Assembly (NCBI GenBank): GCA_038203095.1
Contig: JBBREH010000002.1
Span: 5,904-69,903, forward strand
From: Candidatus Doudnabacteria bacterium
GTDB taxonomy: Bacteria; Patescibacteriota; Doudnabacteria; UBA920
Reading direction: 5' to 3'
Length of the DNA: 64,000 nt
Below, one piece after another: positions 29,376-37,617 of the stretch. The translations under genes and the position numbers were made by a program. The notes below the pieces were generated by a model. It did not search any database. It saw only the letters and a program-made list of their open reading frames with translations, and was not told the origin of the DNA. Numbering within the stretch: position 1 is the stretch's first letter; every line of letters starts with the position of its first letter.

Positions 29376-29540
29376 ATTAGACTTGTAGCGAATTAATTTT
29401 TTAAATCAAGATTTGATATTTTAGTCAAAATCCCAATTAAAAATTTTGATGTTTAACTTTAGTTAAGCGGAAAAATTATTAACAAGAGTTTGGTAAAAGA
29501 GCAATTTTTGGACAAAAATTAATTCACTACAAGGCTATTA
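29376..29540 (+). mobile_element. Family B MITE copy 1 (~165 bp, TIR ATTAGACTTGTAGCGAATTAATTTTTT)
   Basis: Shares the core AAAATTTTGATGTTTAAC(T/C)T(T/A)AGTTAAGCGGAAAAATT with copies at 53683..53843 and 49997..50158. Flanked on both sides by inverted GAATACGGAGAGG / CCTCTCCGTAT units. Confidence 0.7.
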
Positions 29541-29634
29541 GTGCTAAGCGGCCTCTCCGTATATCCGTACCGTTTCCGTATTCCGTAAAGTTAATAAAAA
29601 ACAATTAATCAACAGAATAATTAAATTAATCACC

Positions 29635-30060
29635 ATGAAAAAACAACATATCATCACACTCGTGATAGCAGTCGTAACAGCGGTAGCCGGCTTTTTTGGC
29701 GGCATTAAGTATCAGCAAACTAAAATCCCGGCCGTGGCCGGCAGGGGAGCGGGCCAGTTCGCGGGAGGCGCGGGAGCTCAAAACCGCGGCGGCAATCGCG
29801 GCGGAGCGGGGTTTGTAGGGGGTAGCATTCTGAGCAAAGATCAAAATAGCATAACTGTTAAAGACCAAACCGGTGGCAGCAAAATTATATTGCTTTCCAA
29901 TAAAACTTCGGTGGGCAAAACAACCACCACCACACCGGATGATTTATTAATTGGAGAAAACGTTATAGTTAATGGCTCCCCCAACACCGACGGCAGCATT
30001 ACCGCCACCAACATTCAAATTCGTCCGACCATGCCCAGCCAACCGGGAGCCGGTAAATAA
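29635..30060 (+). CDS. Membrane-anchored Gly-rich protein with DUF5666-like beta domain
   Basis: GGSILSKDQNSITVKDQTGGSKIILLS...VIVNGSPNTDGSITATNIQIR; paralog of 24984..25484. Confidence 0.4.
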   Translation: MKKQHIITLVIAVVTAVAGFFGGIKYQQTKIPAVAGRGAGQFAGGAGAQNRGGNRGGAGFVGGSILSKDQNSITVKDQTGGSKIILLSNKTSVGKTTTTTPDDLLIGENVIVNGSPNTDGSITATNIQIRPTMPSQPGAGK

Positions 30061-30063
30061 CCA

Positions 30064-30705
30064 ATGCAAAACATTTTCAACCAATACAAAATACTCGCTG
30101 CACAAAAATCTTTTTTCCTTCAGCTCATAACCTCAGTCGCGTTGTTTGTTTTAAGTTTGTCCTTTAACTACTACGCAAACAATTATACGGCAACCCATAT
30201 TGGCACTCCAATAAGCGACCTAATTTTAGACCATATCCCAACTTTTAAGGTAGATGATATTTTTTACGAAGGCGGCTTGCTAATAGCTGCCTTCGTAGCT
30301 TTCTTATCCCTGACTAAGCCGAGGCGCATTCCCTTTGTATTAAAAAGCGTGGGCGTATTTTTTTGCGTCCGCTCATTCTTTTTGATTTTAACCCATTTAT
30401 CCCCGCCACTCCATGCGGCTACTCTTCCAACTTCTAATTTTTTGGAAAGATTGGTTTCCGGTTCAGGCGACGACCTATTTTTTTCCGGTCACACCGGTTT
30501 CCCGTTTTTAATGGCACTCCTATTTTGGCAAAATAAAAACTTAAAAATAATATTCGTCGTAGCTACTTTAATTTTTGCCGGTGCCGCGCTGCTTGGACAC
30601 TTACACTATTCAATTGATGTTTTTTCCGCTTTCTTTATTACCTACGGCATTTACCAAATCTCTTCTATCTTATTTAAAACCGATAAACAGCTTTTTTTAG
30701 GGTAA
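30064..30705 (+). CDS. PAP2-superfamily-like integral membrane protein
   Basis: FFSGHTG and GHLHYSIDV resemble the PAP2 C2/C3 motifs; 5-6 TM. Confidence 0.4.
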   Translation: MQNIFNQYKILAAQKSFFLQLITSVALFVLSLSFNYYANNYTATHIGTPISDLILDHIPTFKVDDIFYEGGLLIAAFVAFLSLTKPRRIPFVLKSVGVFFCVRSFFLILTHLSPPLHAATLPTSNFLERLVSGSGDDLFFSGHTGFPFLMALLFWQNKNLKIIFVVATLIFAGAALLGHLHYSIDVFSAFFITYGIYQISSILFKTDKQLFLG

Positions 30706-30885
30706 GAAGTCTAAATGAGCTTTTGACCATTTTCCAATAGTCCCTTGTAGAGAAGAACCTGGACCTTTCTTACACCAGCAAACCATAGCCATTTTGGGCA
30801 ATGCTGAATAGTTACAATTAGTTAATTTTTAGTTAATTAAAAATTATGCTATAATTTTAAAAGTTAAAAATTAATTAAATCATAA

Positions 30886-31317
30886 ATGAAAAAAATCATC
30901 TTGTTTTCCGCCAGCATTATCTTACTTGCCGCAGGGTGTTCTAATTCTCAGCCGGCTGCCGCCCCTCTCGTTAAAAACCCACCGCAGTCTGAAACCAAAC
31001 AACCGGCTCCGGATACAAATGAAGCCGGAGTAAAAAGCTTCACTATTGTAGCCAAAAACTTTTCTTTCACCCCAAATGAAATAAAAGTTAAAAAGGGCGA
31101 TAAGGTAAAAATTGTATTTCAAAATAATGACGGTTTTCATGACTGGGTAATTGATGAATTTAGCGCCAAAACCCCAAGAGTCAAATCCGGCGACAGCGCC
31201 ACAGTGGAATTTACCGCGGACAAAACCGGAACTTTTGAATACTACTGCTCCGTAGGTGAACATCGGGCAATGGGCATGAAGGGCAATTTAATTGTTGAGA
31301 ATCCATTTGAAAAATAA
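30886..31317 (+). CDS. Cupredoxin (plastocyanin/azurin-like type-1 copper) lipoprotein
   Basis: Lipobox LLAAGCS; type-1 Cu ligands H (FHDWVI) ... CSVGEHRAMGM (C-x2-G-x-H-x2-M). Confidence 0.6.
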   Translation: MKKIILFSASIILLAAGCSNSQPAAAPLVKNPPQSETKQPAPDTNEAGVKSFTIVAKNFSFTPNEIKVKKGDKVKIVFQNNDGFHDWVIDEFSAKTPRVKSGDSATVEFTADKTGTFEYYCSVGEHRAMGMKGNLIVENPFEK

Positions 31318-31501
31318 TTTTGAAGCGAAATTGCAGGATTTCGAGACGATTGGCAGAAATAAATTTTGTCGTGCCAAAGGTACATCCGCCTTTGGCGGAA
31401 CGTTTAACCTGAGTTAAGCGGATAAATTTTTTCGGGCAAGCGGCCGAAAGGCTGTAATTGCAGCCAAAAGGATTTTTAAAATGGGTTCTGAGTAGAGTTT
31501 T

Positions 31502-31540
31502 AAAAAAACCGCGCTGATCTAACATCAAGGCGGTTTTTTT
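31502..31540 (+). terminator. Bidirectional-looking Rho-independent terminator aaaaaaaccgcg...cgcggttttttt
   Basis: GC stem flanked by an A-run and a T-run. Confidence 0.45.
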
Positions 31541-33421
31541 ATGTTACAATTACACCGTATGCAAACATTTAAAAATCGAAAAATTTTAATTTACGTAATT
31601 CCATTTTTAACCTTATTGGGCTTAATTTTGGGCTTATTTTCAACCTTTTTGGGTTACCAAATACTTGGCCAGCTAATTTTAAAAGCAACCTTAGTGCTTG
31701 GCACCTTGCCACTTTTATGGCGCATGGCTAAAGATTTATACCGCGGTCATTTTGGCATTGACCTAATTGCAATGCTGGCCATTATTACCTCCTTTATTTT
31801 GGGACAAAATCTTGCGGGTACGGTCATAGTCTTAATGCTTTCAGGCGGAGAAGCCTTGGAAGATTATGCTCTAAAGCGTTCTAGTCGGGAGCTAACCAAA
31901 CTGCTTTCGCTAGCGCCAACCGTTGGCCATTTAAAAATTGGCACTAGTCTAAGGGACATTCCGGCTGAGCAAATTAAAATTGGAGATATTGTTTTGGTCA
32001 AACCGGGCGAAATTGTACCTGTAGACGGCACTGTAATAGCGGGAGTTTCGGAAATGGATGAGAGCTCTATTACCGGGGAAAGCCTGTTAGTAGAAAAATT
32101 CGTGGGCTCCGGAGTTTTCTCCGGAAGCTTAAATAAAGGCGCGGCTTTAGAAATTAGCGTGCAAAAAGAAGCTCACGAAAGCCAATATCAAAGAATTGTA
32201 AAACTGGTAAAAGGAGCCCAAAACAGCAAGGCGCCGATGGTTAGATTGGCTGACCGCTACGCGGTCGGGTTTACTTTAATGACCTTGGCTTTATCTTTAG
32301 GAGCTTGGTTTTTTTCTCGTGATGCAATTCGCTTTTTAGCCGTTTTAGTTGTAGCCACGCCTTGTCCGCTAATTTTAGCCACGCCGATTGCCATAATTTC
32401 CGGCATAAGCAAAAGCGCTAGTAGGGGAATTATTGTTAAAAATGGCGGAGCGTTAGAAACCTTAGGTGAAGCCAAGGCTATGGTTTTTGACAAAACCGGG
32501 ACACTTACTTTGGGCGAGCCAAAAGTTTTAGGCGCAAACGCTGCCAACAGCTCTGTGACGGAAAAACAAATTTTATTTTTAGCCGCCTCACTGGACCAAC
32601 TCTCTATTCACGCTTTGGCCAGAGCCTTAGTTAAGCACGTCAAGACCCAAATAACCGACGCTTTGCACTTGCCAACGGACTTTAAAGAAGTTTTGGGAAA
32701 CGGCGTTTCGGGAAACTTGGCCGGCAAAACTTATTTATTTGGCAAGCTAAGCTTTTTAAAAGAAAAGGGGGTTATTATAGAGCAGGTATTCGAAACCGAG
32801 CACGCTAGATACCAAAACGAGGGTAAAATTATCATTTATTTAGCTGAAGACATAAAACTTTTAGGGTCTATTGCTTTTGCGGATATTATAAGACCGGAAA
32901 TGAAGCAAGTATTTAAGGAAATCGCTGAACATAAAATAAAAAGAATCTTTATGTTGACCGGCGACAAATATCCCGTAGCACAAAAAATTTCCGCTGAACT
33001 TGGAATTAAGGAATTTAAAGCCGAAATGCTACCTGAAGACAAAGCCACTGAAGTCACAAAAATTAAGGCGCTGGTTTCGCCACTTGCCATGGTCGGAGAC
33101 GGCATAAACGATGCTCCGGCGCTGGCTGCGGCCGACGTTGGCATTGCCTTGGCCTTCCACGGCTCATCTGCTTCTTCCGAAAGCGCGGACATTGTAATTA
33201 TGCAAAACAATTTAATGCGAGTCCACGACGCAGTCCACATTGCCCAAACCACTATGCGCATTGCCAAACAAAGTATTTTTGCCGGCTTGGGGTTAAGCAT
33301 TCTACTAATGATAATTGCCGCCTTCGGCTACATTTCACCCATTTACGGCGCTATGTTGCAGGAAGTAATTGATGTGGCCGTGATTTTAAATGCCCTGAGA
33401 GTCAACTTTGAAAAAGTATAA
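31541..33421 (+). CDS. Heavy-metal-translocating P1B-type ATPase (no N-terminal HMA domain; TM6 motif TPCP rather than CPC)
   Basis: DKTGTLT, TGDKYPVAQ, GDGINDAPAL, actuator TGES. Metal-site helix VLVVATPCPLILATP. Short N-terminus without CxxC. Confidence 0.85.
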   Translation: MLQLHRMQTFKNRKILIYVIPFLTLLGLILGLFSTFLGYQILGQLILKATLVLGTLPLLWRMAKDLYRGHFGIDLIAMLAIITSFILGQNLAGTVIVLMLSGGEALEDYALKRSSRELTKLLSLAPTVGHLKIGTSLRDIPAEQIKIGDIVLVKPGEIVPVDGTVIAGVSEMDESSITGESLLVEKFVGSGVFSGSLNKGAALEISVQKEAHESQYQRIVKLVKGAQNSKAPMVRLADRYAVGFTLMTLALSLGAWFFSRDAIRFLAVLVVATPCPLILATPIAIISGISKSASRGIIVKNGGALETLGEAKAMVFDKTGTLTLGEPKVLGANAANSSVTEKQILFLAASLDQLSIHALARALVKHVKTQITDALHLPTDFKEVLGNGVSGNLAGKTYLFGKLSFLKEKGVIIEQVFETEHARYQNEGKIIIYLAEDIKLLGSIAFADIIRPEMKQVFKEIAEHKIKRIFMLTGDKYPVAQKISAELGIKEFKAEMLPEDKATEVTKIKALVSPLAMVGDGINDAPALAAADVGIALAFHGSSASSESADIVIMQNNLMRVHDAVHIAQTTMRIAKQSIFAGLGLSILLMIIAAFGYISPIYGAMLQEVIDVAVILNALRVNFEKV

Positions 33422-33436
33422 ATATACAATCTGCTT

Positions 33437-33898
33437 ATGCCTTATCGTTACAAAGCTTTGCTACTTAACTGTATGGATCCACGCCTACAGGGGGAGAACG
33501 AAATTAAAATTATCGGCGCTGCCGGGTTTTCTAGCGGCGAATACGAAGTCCTGACCTATCCAGGGCCTTCGCTTTGGATGACAAGCCCTCACCAGCTCTC
33601 ACATTCGGAGAATTTTTGGTGGGAACTGGAAAATGTTTCTTTAAAATTCCATAACATTTATACTGTTGTAATTGTCGGCCACAGCCAATGCGGCGGCTTT
33701 GAGCTTAAAGGCGCGCCAAGCGAGCCGGAAAAAGAAAAGCTGACCATAATCAATTCTTTAAAAATAGCCGGGCAAGCCATTAAAATAAAATACCCGAATT
33801 TAGAAACCAAACTGATTTTTGTCCATATAAGCAAAGACGACAATAATAACGGACTGCCCGAGATTTTTACGGAAATCATAGAAATAGATACCAGATAA
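33437..33898 (+). CDS. Beta-class carbonic anhydrase-like protein (short)
   Basis: CMDPR (CxDxR) and HSQCGG (HxxCG) zinc-ligand motifs of beta-CAs. Confidence 0.45.
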   Translation: MPYRYKALLLNCMDPRLQGENEIKIIGAAGFSSGEYEVLTYPGPSLWMTSPHQLSHSENFWWELENVSLKFHNIYTVVIVGHSQCGGFELKGAPSEPEKEKLTIINSLKIAGQAIKIKYPNLETKLIFVHISKDDNNNGLPEIFTEIIEIDTR

Positions 33899-34159
33899 AA
33901 TTCATTAAAAAATGCTCCGCGCAAAGCAGAGCATTTTTGTGATACCGTTCGGGTATCAGTTGATGGAATTACAAGTTTCCAGTAAGGGTATGAGAGAAAA
34001 TCGTGTTTTAACCTACTTAAAGGGTATAATTGTATCTTGAATAAAATTTCAAGGCACAATTATGTCCTTTAAAATCAAACAAAAGTTAATATCTGTGGTA
34101 AATTTTTAATTTTTTTGTGGCGGTTATATCCACTAATTTCCGAACGGTAACCATTTTTG

Positions 34160-34246
34160 TGGTGGGCGGTGAGGGACTCGAACCCCCGGAGGCCGAAAGG
34201 CCGTCGCGTCTACAGCGCGATGTAATTGCCGCTATACGAACCGCCC
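34160..34246 (-). tRNA. tRNA-Tyr (anticodon GUA), class II with long variable arm, CCA encoded
   Basis: Reverse strand: GGGCGGT...TCGCG-CTGTAGA-CGCGA...CGGCCTTTCGGCCT (variable arm) ...GGGGG-TTCGAGT-CCCTC-ACCGCCC-A-CCA. Confidence 0.8.
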
Positions 34247-34622
34247 AAACAAGGACAAATACCCAATAATTTTAGTACATTTTCCGGAAATTGACAAGGT
34301 TGATATTTGTAATTAAACAGACTTAAATTAGATTTTTTTAACACAGCCCGCTTTGAAGCCTTTAGCGACGGCGTAGCTGACAAAACCCAAGCCTGCCCGG
34401 AACACTAGGCAACCAATCCCACCAAAAGTCTTTGGTCGGGTTATTTTTTTGTATTTTTTTTCGAGTGCCTTTTGTGCTAGCATACTAGTACGCTAAAACG
34501 AAAAAGGATTTTCAATCCAAATATTAAAATTACTCGGCCAAAGGGTTGAACCATTTTTATTTAAAATTTTAAAACATCCGATGTTGGCCCATAAATCGGC
34601 CGCCACAAGCTACAAGCTTCCC

Positions 34623-35873
34623 CTAAGTTCCTTCCTGCCAACTAGCCAAATACTTTTGCTGCTCGGGGGTTAACAGGTCTATTTTTATTCCCATGGCCGA
34701 TAGCTTCAAACGAGAAACTTTCTCGTCAATCGCTTGGGGAACGTCGTATACCTTTTTTTCCAATTGTTTATGATTTGCCGCCAGCCATTCGCACGTAAGC
34801 GCCTGGTCTGCAAATGACATATCCATAACCGCACTGGGATGACCTTCGGCCGCGGCCAGGTTCATTAGCCGGCCTTCACCGATCAAATAAATTTTGCGCT
34901 CGTCTTTTAAAGTATATTCCATTAAATTATCGCGTACCTGCTTTTTGCTATTTGCTAATTTGCTTAACTGAACTTCATTAATTTCCACATTAAAATGCCC
35001 GCTGTTACCTAAAATTACGCCGCTCTTCATTAACGCCACGTGATCTTTGGTAATTACGTCTTTGTTGCCGGTAACGGTAATAAACACGTCGCCAATTTTT
35101 GCCGCCCGCGCCATAGGTAAAACTGTAAAGCCGTCCATTGCGGCTTGTAATGCGGGCAGGGGATTGACTTCGGTCACAATAACCTTGGCGCCCAAACCTT
35201 TTGCGCGAAGCGCTATACCCTTGCCACAATATCCGTAACCGGCTACAACCATAGTTTTGCCGGATAGCAATATGTTAGTAGCGCGAAACAAGCCATCTAA
35301 AGTGGATTGGCCGGTGCCGTAATAGTTATCAAACATATGCTTGGTGGGCGTATCGTTAATTGCCACAACCGGAAATTTGAGTTTGCCGTCTTTGGCCATA
35401 GCCTTAAGACGAATAACTCCGGTGGTTGTTTCTTCTTGTCCGCTAAAAATTTCTTTTAATTGGCCTTTGCGCGATTTATGTAGTGTTGATATTAAGTCAG
35501 CGCCGTCGTCAATAATAAGTTGCGGATGAAAATCTAAAACTTTGTTCACGCACCAATAATATTTTTCATCCGTAATTCCGCGCCAGGCAAAGACATTAAT
35601 TCCTTCCTCTGCCAAAGCCGCGGATACATCATCCTGGGTTGAAAGAGGGTTACTGCCGCAAAGTGCCACTTTAGCCCCTCCGGCTTTTAAAGCTTTCATT
35701 AATACTGCGGTTTCTTTGGTAACATGCAAACAACAAGCAACTGTTAAATTCTTAAACGGCAAATTTTTCTTAAATTCCTCCTCAATGATTTTCATTACCG
35801 GCATTTCCTGTTCGGCTAACTGAATCTTTAGCTTGCCTTGCTTGGCTAGTGTAATATCTTTGACTTTATGCAT
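34623..35873 (-). CDS. ahcY: Adenosylhomocysteinase (short, archaeal/Thermotoga-type ~416 aa form)
   Basis: NAD-binding GYGYCGKG, conserved HxTxET-like region (CLHVTKETA), C-terminal LANSKK... Confidence 0.9.
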   Translation of the reverse strand: MHKVKDITLAKQGKLKIQLAEQEMPVMKIIEEEFKKNLPFKNLTVACCLHVTKETAVLMKALKAGGAKVALCGSNPLSTQDDVSAALAEEGINVFAWRGITDEKYYWCVNKVLDFHPQLIIDDGADLISTLHKSRKGQLKEIFSGQEETTTGVIRLKAMAKDGKLKFPVVAINDTPTKHMFDNYYGTGQSTLDGLFRATNILLSGKTMVVAGYGYCGKGIALRAKGLGAKVIVTEVNPLPALQAAMDGFTVLPMARAAKIGDVFITVTGNKDVITKDHVALMKSGVILGNSGHFNVEINEVQLSKLANSKKQVRDNLMEYTLKDERKIYLIGEGRLMNLAAAEGHPSAVMDMSFADQALTCEWLAANHKQLEKKVYDVPQAIDEKVSRLKLSAMGIKIDLLTPEQQKYLASWQEGT

Positions 35874-36087
35874 TTTATAAAAAAGTTAATAATACTTAAA
35901 AAAGTATAGCATAAAAGCTGATTTTTAACATTGTAAATTTACAAATTATAGCAAGCCTATTTATGAATTGCCAATTAACCAGAACAGACGCTAAGCCTAC
36001 TATCTATAATACTGATAATTATCACGCTATAAAAAACTTGAGGGACTGGATTTTTTTTAGGCTTTGTGGTAAAATATTCAAAGTTAT

Positions 36088-36184
36088 CCCGCACCACTTT
36101 TTGTTTATCTTGGGTACATTGGTATTTAAACTCATTTAGGCGCCATTGTGCACAGTGCTTTCTTTGACAAAAAGTGGTGCGGGG
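36088..36184. repeat. ~97-bp element bounded by a perfect 16-bp inverted repeat CCCGCACCACTTTTTG / CAAAAAGTGGTGCGGG, just upstream of tRNA-Thr
   Basis: Perfect TIR seen directly; internal gcgcc-attgtgcacagtgc hairpin. Confidence 0.5.
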
Positions 36185-36235
36185 TAAATCGGCCGTCCCG
36201 CCGTTGGCGGTTTAATCGGTATACAAAAACAACCT

Positions 36236-36311
36236 GCCGGCTTAGCTCATCTGGTAGAGCAACGGTTTTGTAAACCGTAGGTGGTCGGTTCAAGTCCGAC
36301 AGCCGGCTCCA
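36236..36311 (+). tRNA. tRNA-Thr (anticodon UGU), CCA encoded
   Basis: GCCGGCT-TA-GCTC-ATCTGGTA-GAGC-A-ACGGT-TTTGTAA-ACCGT-AGGTG-GTCGG-TTCAAGT-CCGAC-AGCCGGC-T-CCA. Confidence 0.85.
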
Positions 36312-36394
36312 CTTTTCGCGAAGCGAAGAGTGTCACCCGAAGCTTTGGCGAAGATGACAAAATAATGTTTTTTGATCAAAAAACATTCCAAGAC

Positions 36395-36535
36395 TCTCCT
36401 GACGCCCAGGAAAATCTTAAATCTTTCCGCCAAAGGCGGATCTCAGCCAAAGACTGACTAGCCTCTGGCTGGCGCAATCGCATCAAGCGGAAAATCTTAA
36501 ATCCTTAATCTTTCCGCCAAAGGCGGATCCGCCCC
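36395..36535 (+). repeat. Two direct copies of GGAAAATCTTAAATC(CTTAAT)CTTTCCGCCAAAGGCGGATC (AATCTTAAATC motif plus CCGCCAAAGGCGG palindrome) separated by a 53-nt palindromic spacer
   Basis: Read directly. The same two motifs recur at 841-925, 10755-10800 (inside prmC), 4957-4975, 31383-31401 and 54752-54770. Confidence 0.6.
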
Positions 36536-36560
36536 AGGCGGAAAAACTTTAACTAAATTT

Positions 36561-36716
36561 ATGTCCCAAGATCATCTTATTAATATGGAATGTACGGTTT
36601 GCCATAATTTAAATTATCAAACCAAAAAGAACAAAAAGAATACCCAGAAGCGCTTAGAACTCCAAAAATTCTGCAAATTCTGCAAAAAGAAAACTTTGCA
36701 CAAAGAAACGAAGTAG
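36561..36716 (+). CDS. rpmG: 50S ribosomal protein L33 (51 aa; below ORF-track threshold)
   Basis: Hand translation [51 protein letters not shown] matches the L33 zinc-ribbon consensus (ECTxC...NY.T.KNK.N...RLEL.K(Y/F)C..C.KHT.HKE.K). Confidence 0.7.
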   Translation: MSQDHLINMECTVCHNLNYQTKKNKKNTQKRLELQKFCKFCKKKTLHKETK

Positions 36717-36733
36717 TTAAATAATACCGCCGT

Positions 36734-37459
36734 ATGGCGGTATTATTTTACAAATTAATCGGTATAGTATATACTAGTTATGTAACAATATTAGTGCATA
36801 TGAAAACTGACTTAAAAATAAAAGCAATTAGTTTACGTCGACAGGGTTTTAGCTATGGTGACATTAAAAGGAAATTGGAAATTTCCAAAAGCACAAGTTT
36901 ACTATGGACAAAGGATGTAATTTTGTCATCTAAGTCACAAAACATACTAGCAACGAAAACTGAAGCAGCAAGAAAAAAAGGTAGGGAAACCCATACTTTA
37001 AATACTAAGTTAAAATACAGCAAAATTAACAATCTGGTTGTTAATAATTTATCACATTTAAAAATAAATAAAACTTACGCTAAATTGCTTTGCGCAATGC
37101 TTTATTGGGGGGAGGGGAGCAAATCATCTGGCCAGGTTGTTTTTACCAACTCTGACCCCGAAATGATTAAGGCTTTTTTAAAATTATTTAGATATGGCTT
37201 TGTGATTAATGAACAAAAAGTTAAAGCGTTACTGCACCTTCATCCATACCATAACGAAAAAATTCAAAAGGTCTTTTGGTCTAAAATTACAGGCATTTCC
37301 CTTGAAAAAATAAAAATTTTCAACAAAACCTCGTTCGGTAAAACCATAAGACCAGGCTATCCTGGCTGTATTGCTATTAAATATGCAAGTATGGATATAT
37401 TAAACGAATTGATGTATTATTATAAAGAAATAAATTATCTGCTTGGGGAGTTAGTATAA
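36734..37459 (+). CDS. HTH-domain protein inserted between rpmG and tRNA-Trp; possible homing-endonuclease-like or transposase-remnant protein (speculative). Likely start 36800 (MKTDLKIK).
   Basis: N-terminal helix-turn-helix (LKIKAISLRRQGFSYGDIKRKLEISKSTSLLW) like IS630/Hin-type HTH. C-terminal ...LLCAMLYWGEGSKSS... is faintly LAGLIDADG-like. The stop codon lies inside the first bases of tRNA-Trp. Confidence 0.35.
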   Translation: MAVLFYKLIGIVYTSYVTILVHMKTDLKIKAISLRRQGFSYGDIKRKLEISKSTSLLWTKDVILSSKSQNILATKTEAARKKGRETHTLNTKLKYSKINNLVVNNLSHLKINKTYAKLLCAMLYWGEGSKSSGQVVFTNSDPEMIKAFLKLFRYGFVINEQKVKALLHLHPYHNEKIQKVFWSKITGISLEKIKIFNKTSFGKTIRPGYPGCIAIKYASMDILNELMYYYKEINYLLGELV

Positions 37460-37518
37460 TGGTAGTACATTCGTCTCCAAAACGAAGAGCGAGGGTCCGA
37501 TTCCTTCACTCCCCGCCA
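37445..37518 (+). tRNA. tRNA-Trp (anticodon CCA) with atypical T-loop (TCCGATT)
   Basis: GGGGAGT-TA-GTAT-AATGGTA-GTAC-A-TTCGT-CTCCAAA-ACGAA-GAGC-GAGGG-TCCGATT-CCTTC-ACTCCCC-G-CCA. Acceptor and anticodon arms are perfect; the T-arm has a G.U pair and C55. Confidence 0.65.
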
Positions 37519-37617
37519 AAAAAATTCCTGTTTTTAGCAGGAATTTTTTTGTGGCCAAGCCTAACATTATTTTGTCATTTATGATAAAATATATAAAATA
37601 ACCAAAAGGAGACCAAA

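Noticed and set aside
31211-31528. 105-aa minus-strand ORF overlapping the cupredoxin 3' end and the terminator
   Set aside because: It lies antisense to a well-supported gene and spans an intergenic terminator and repeat fragment.
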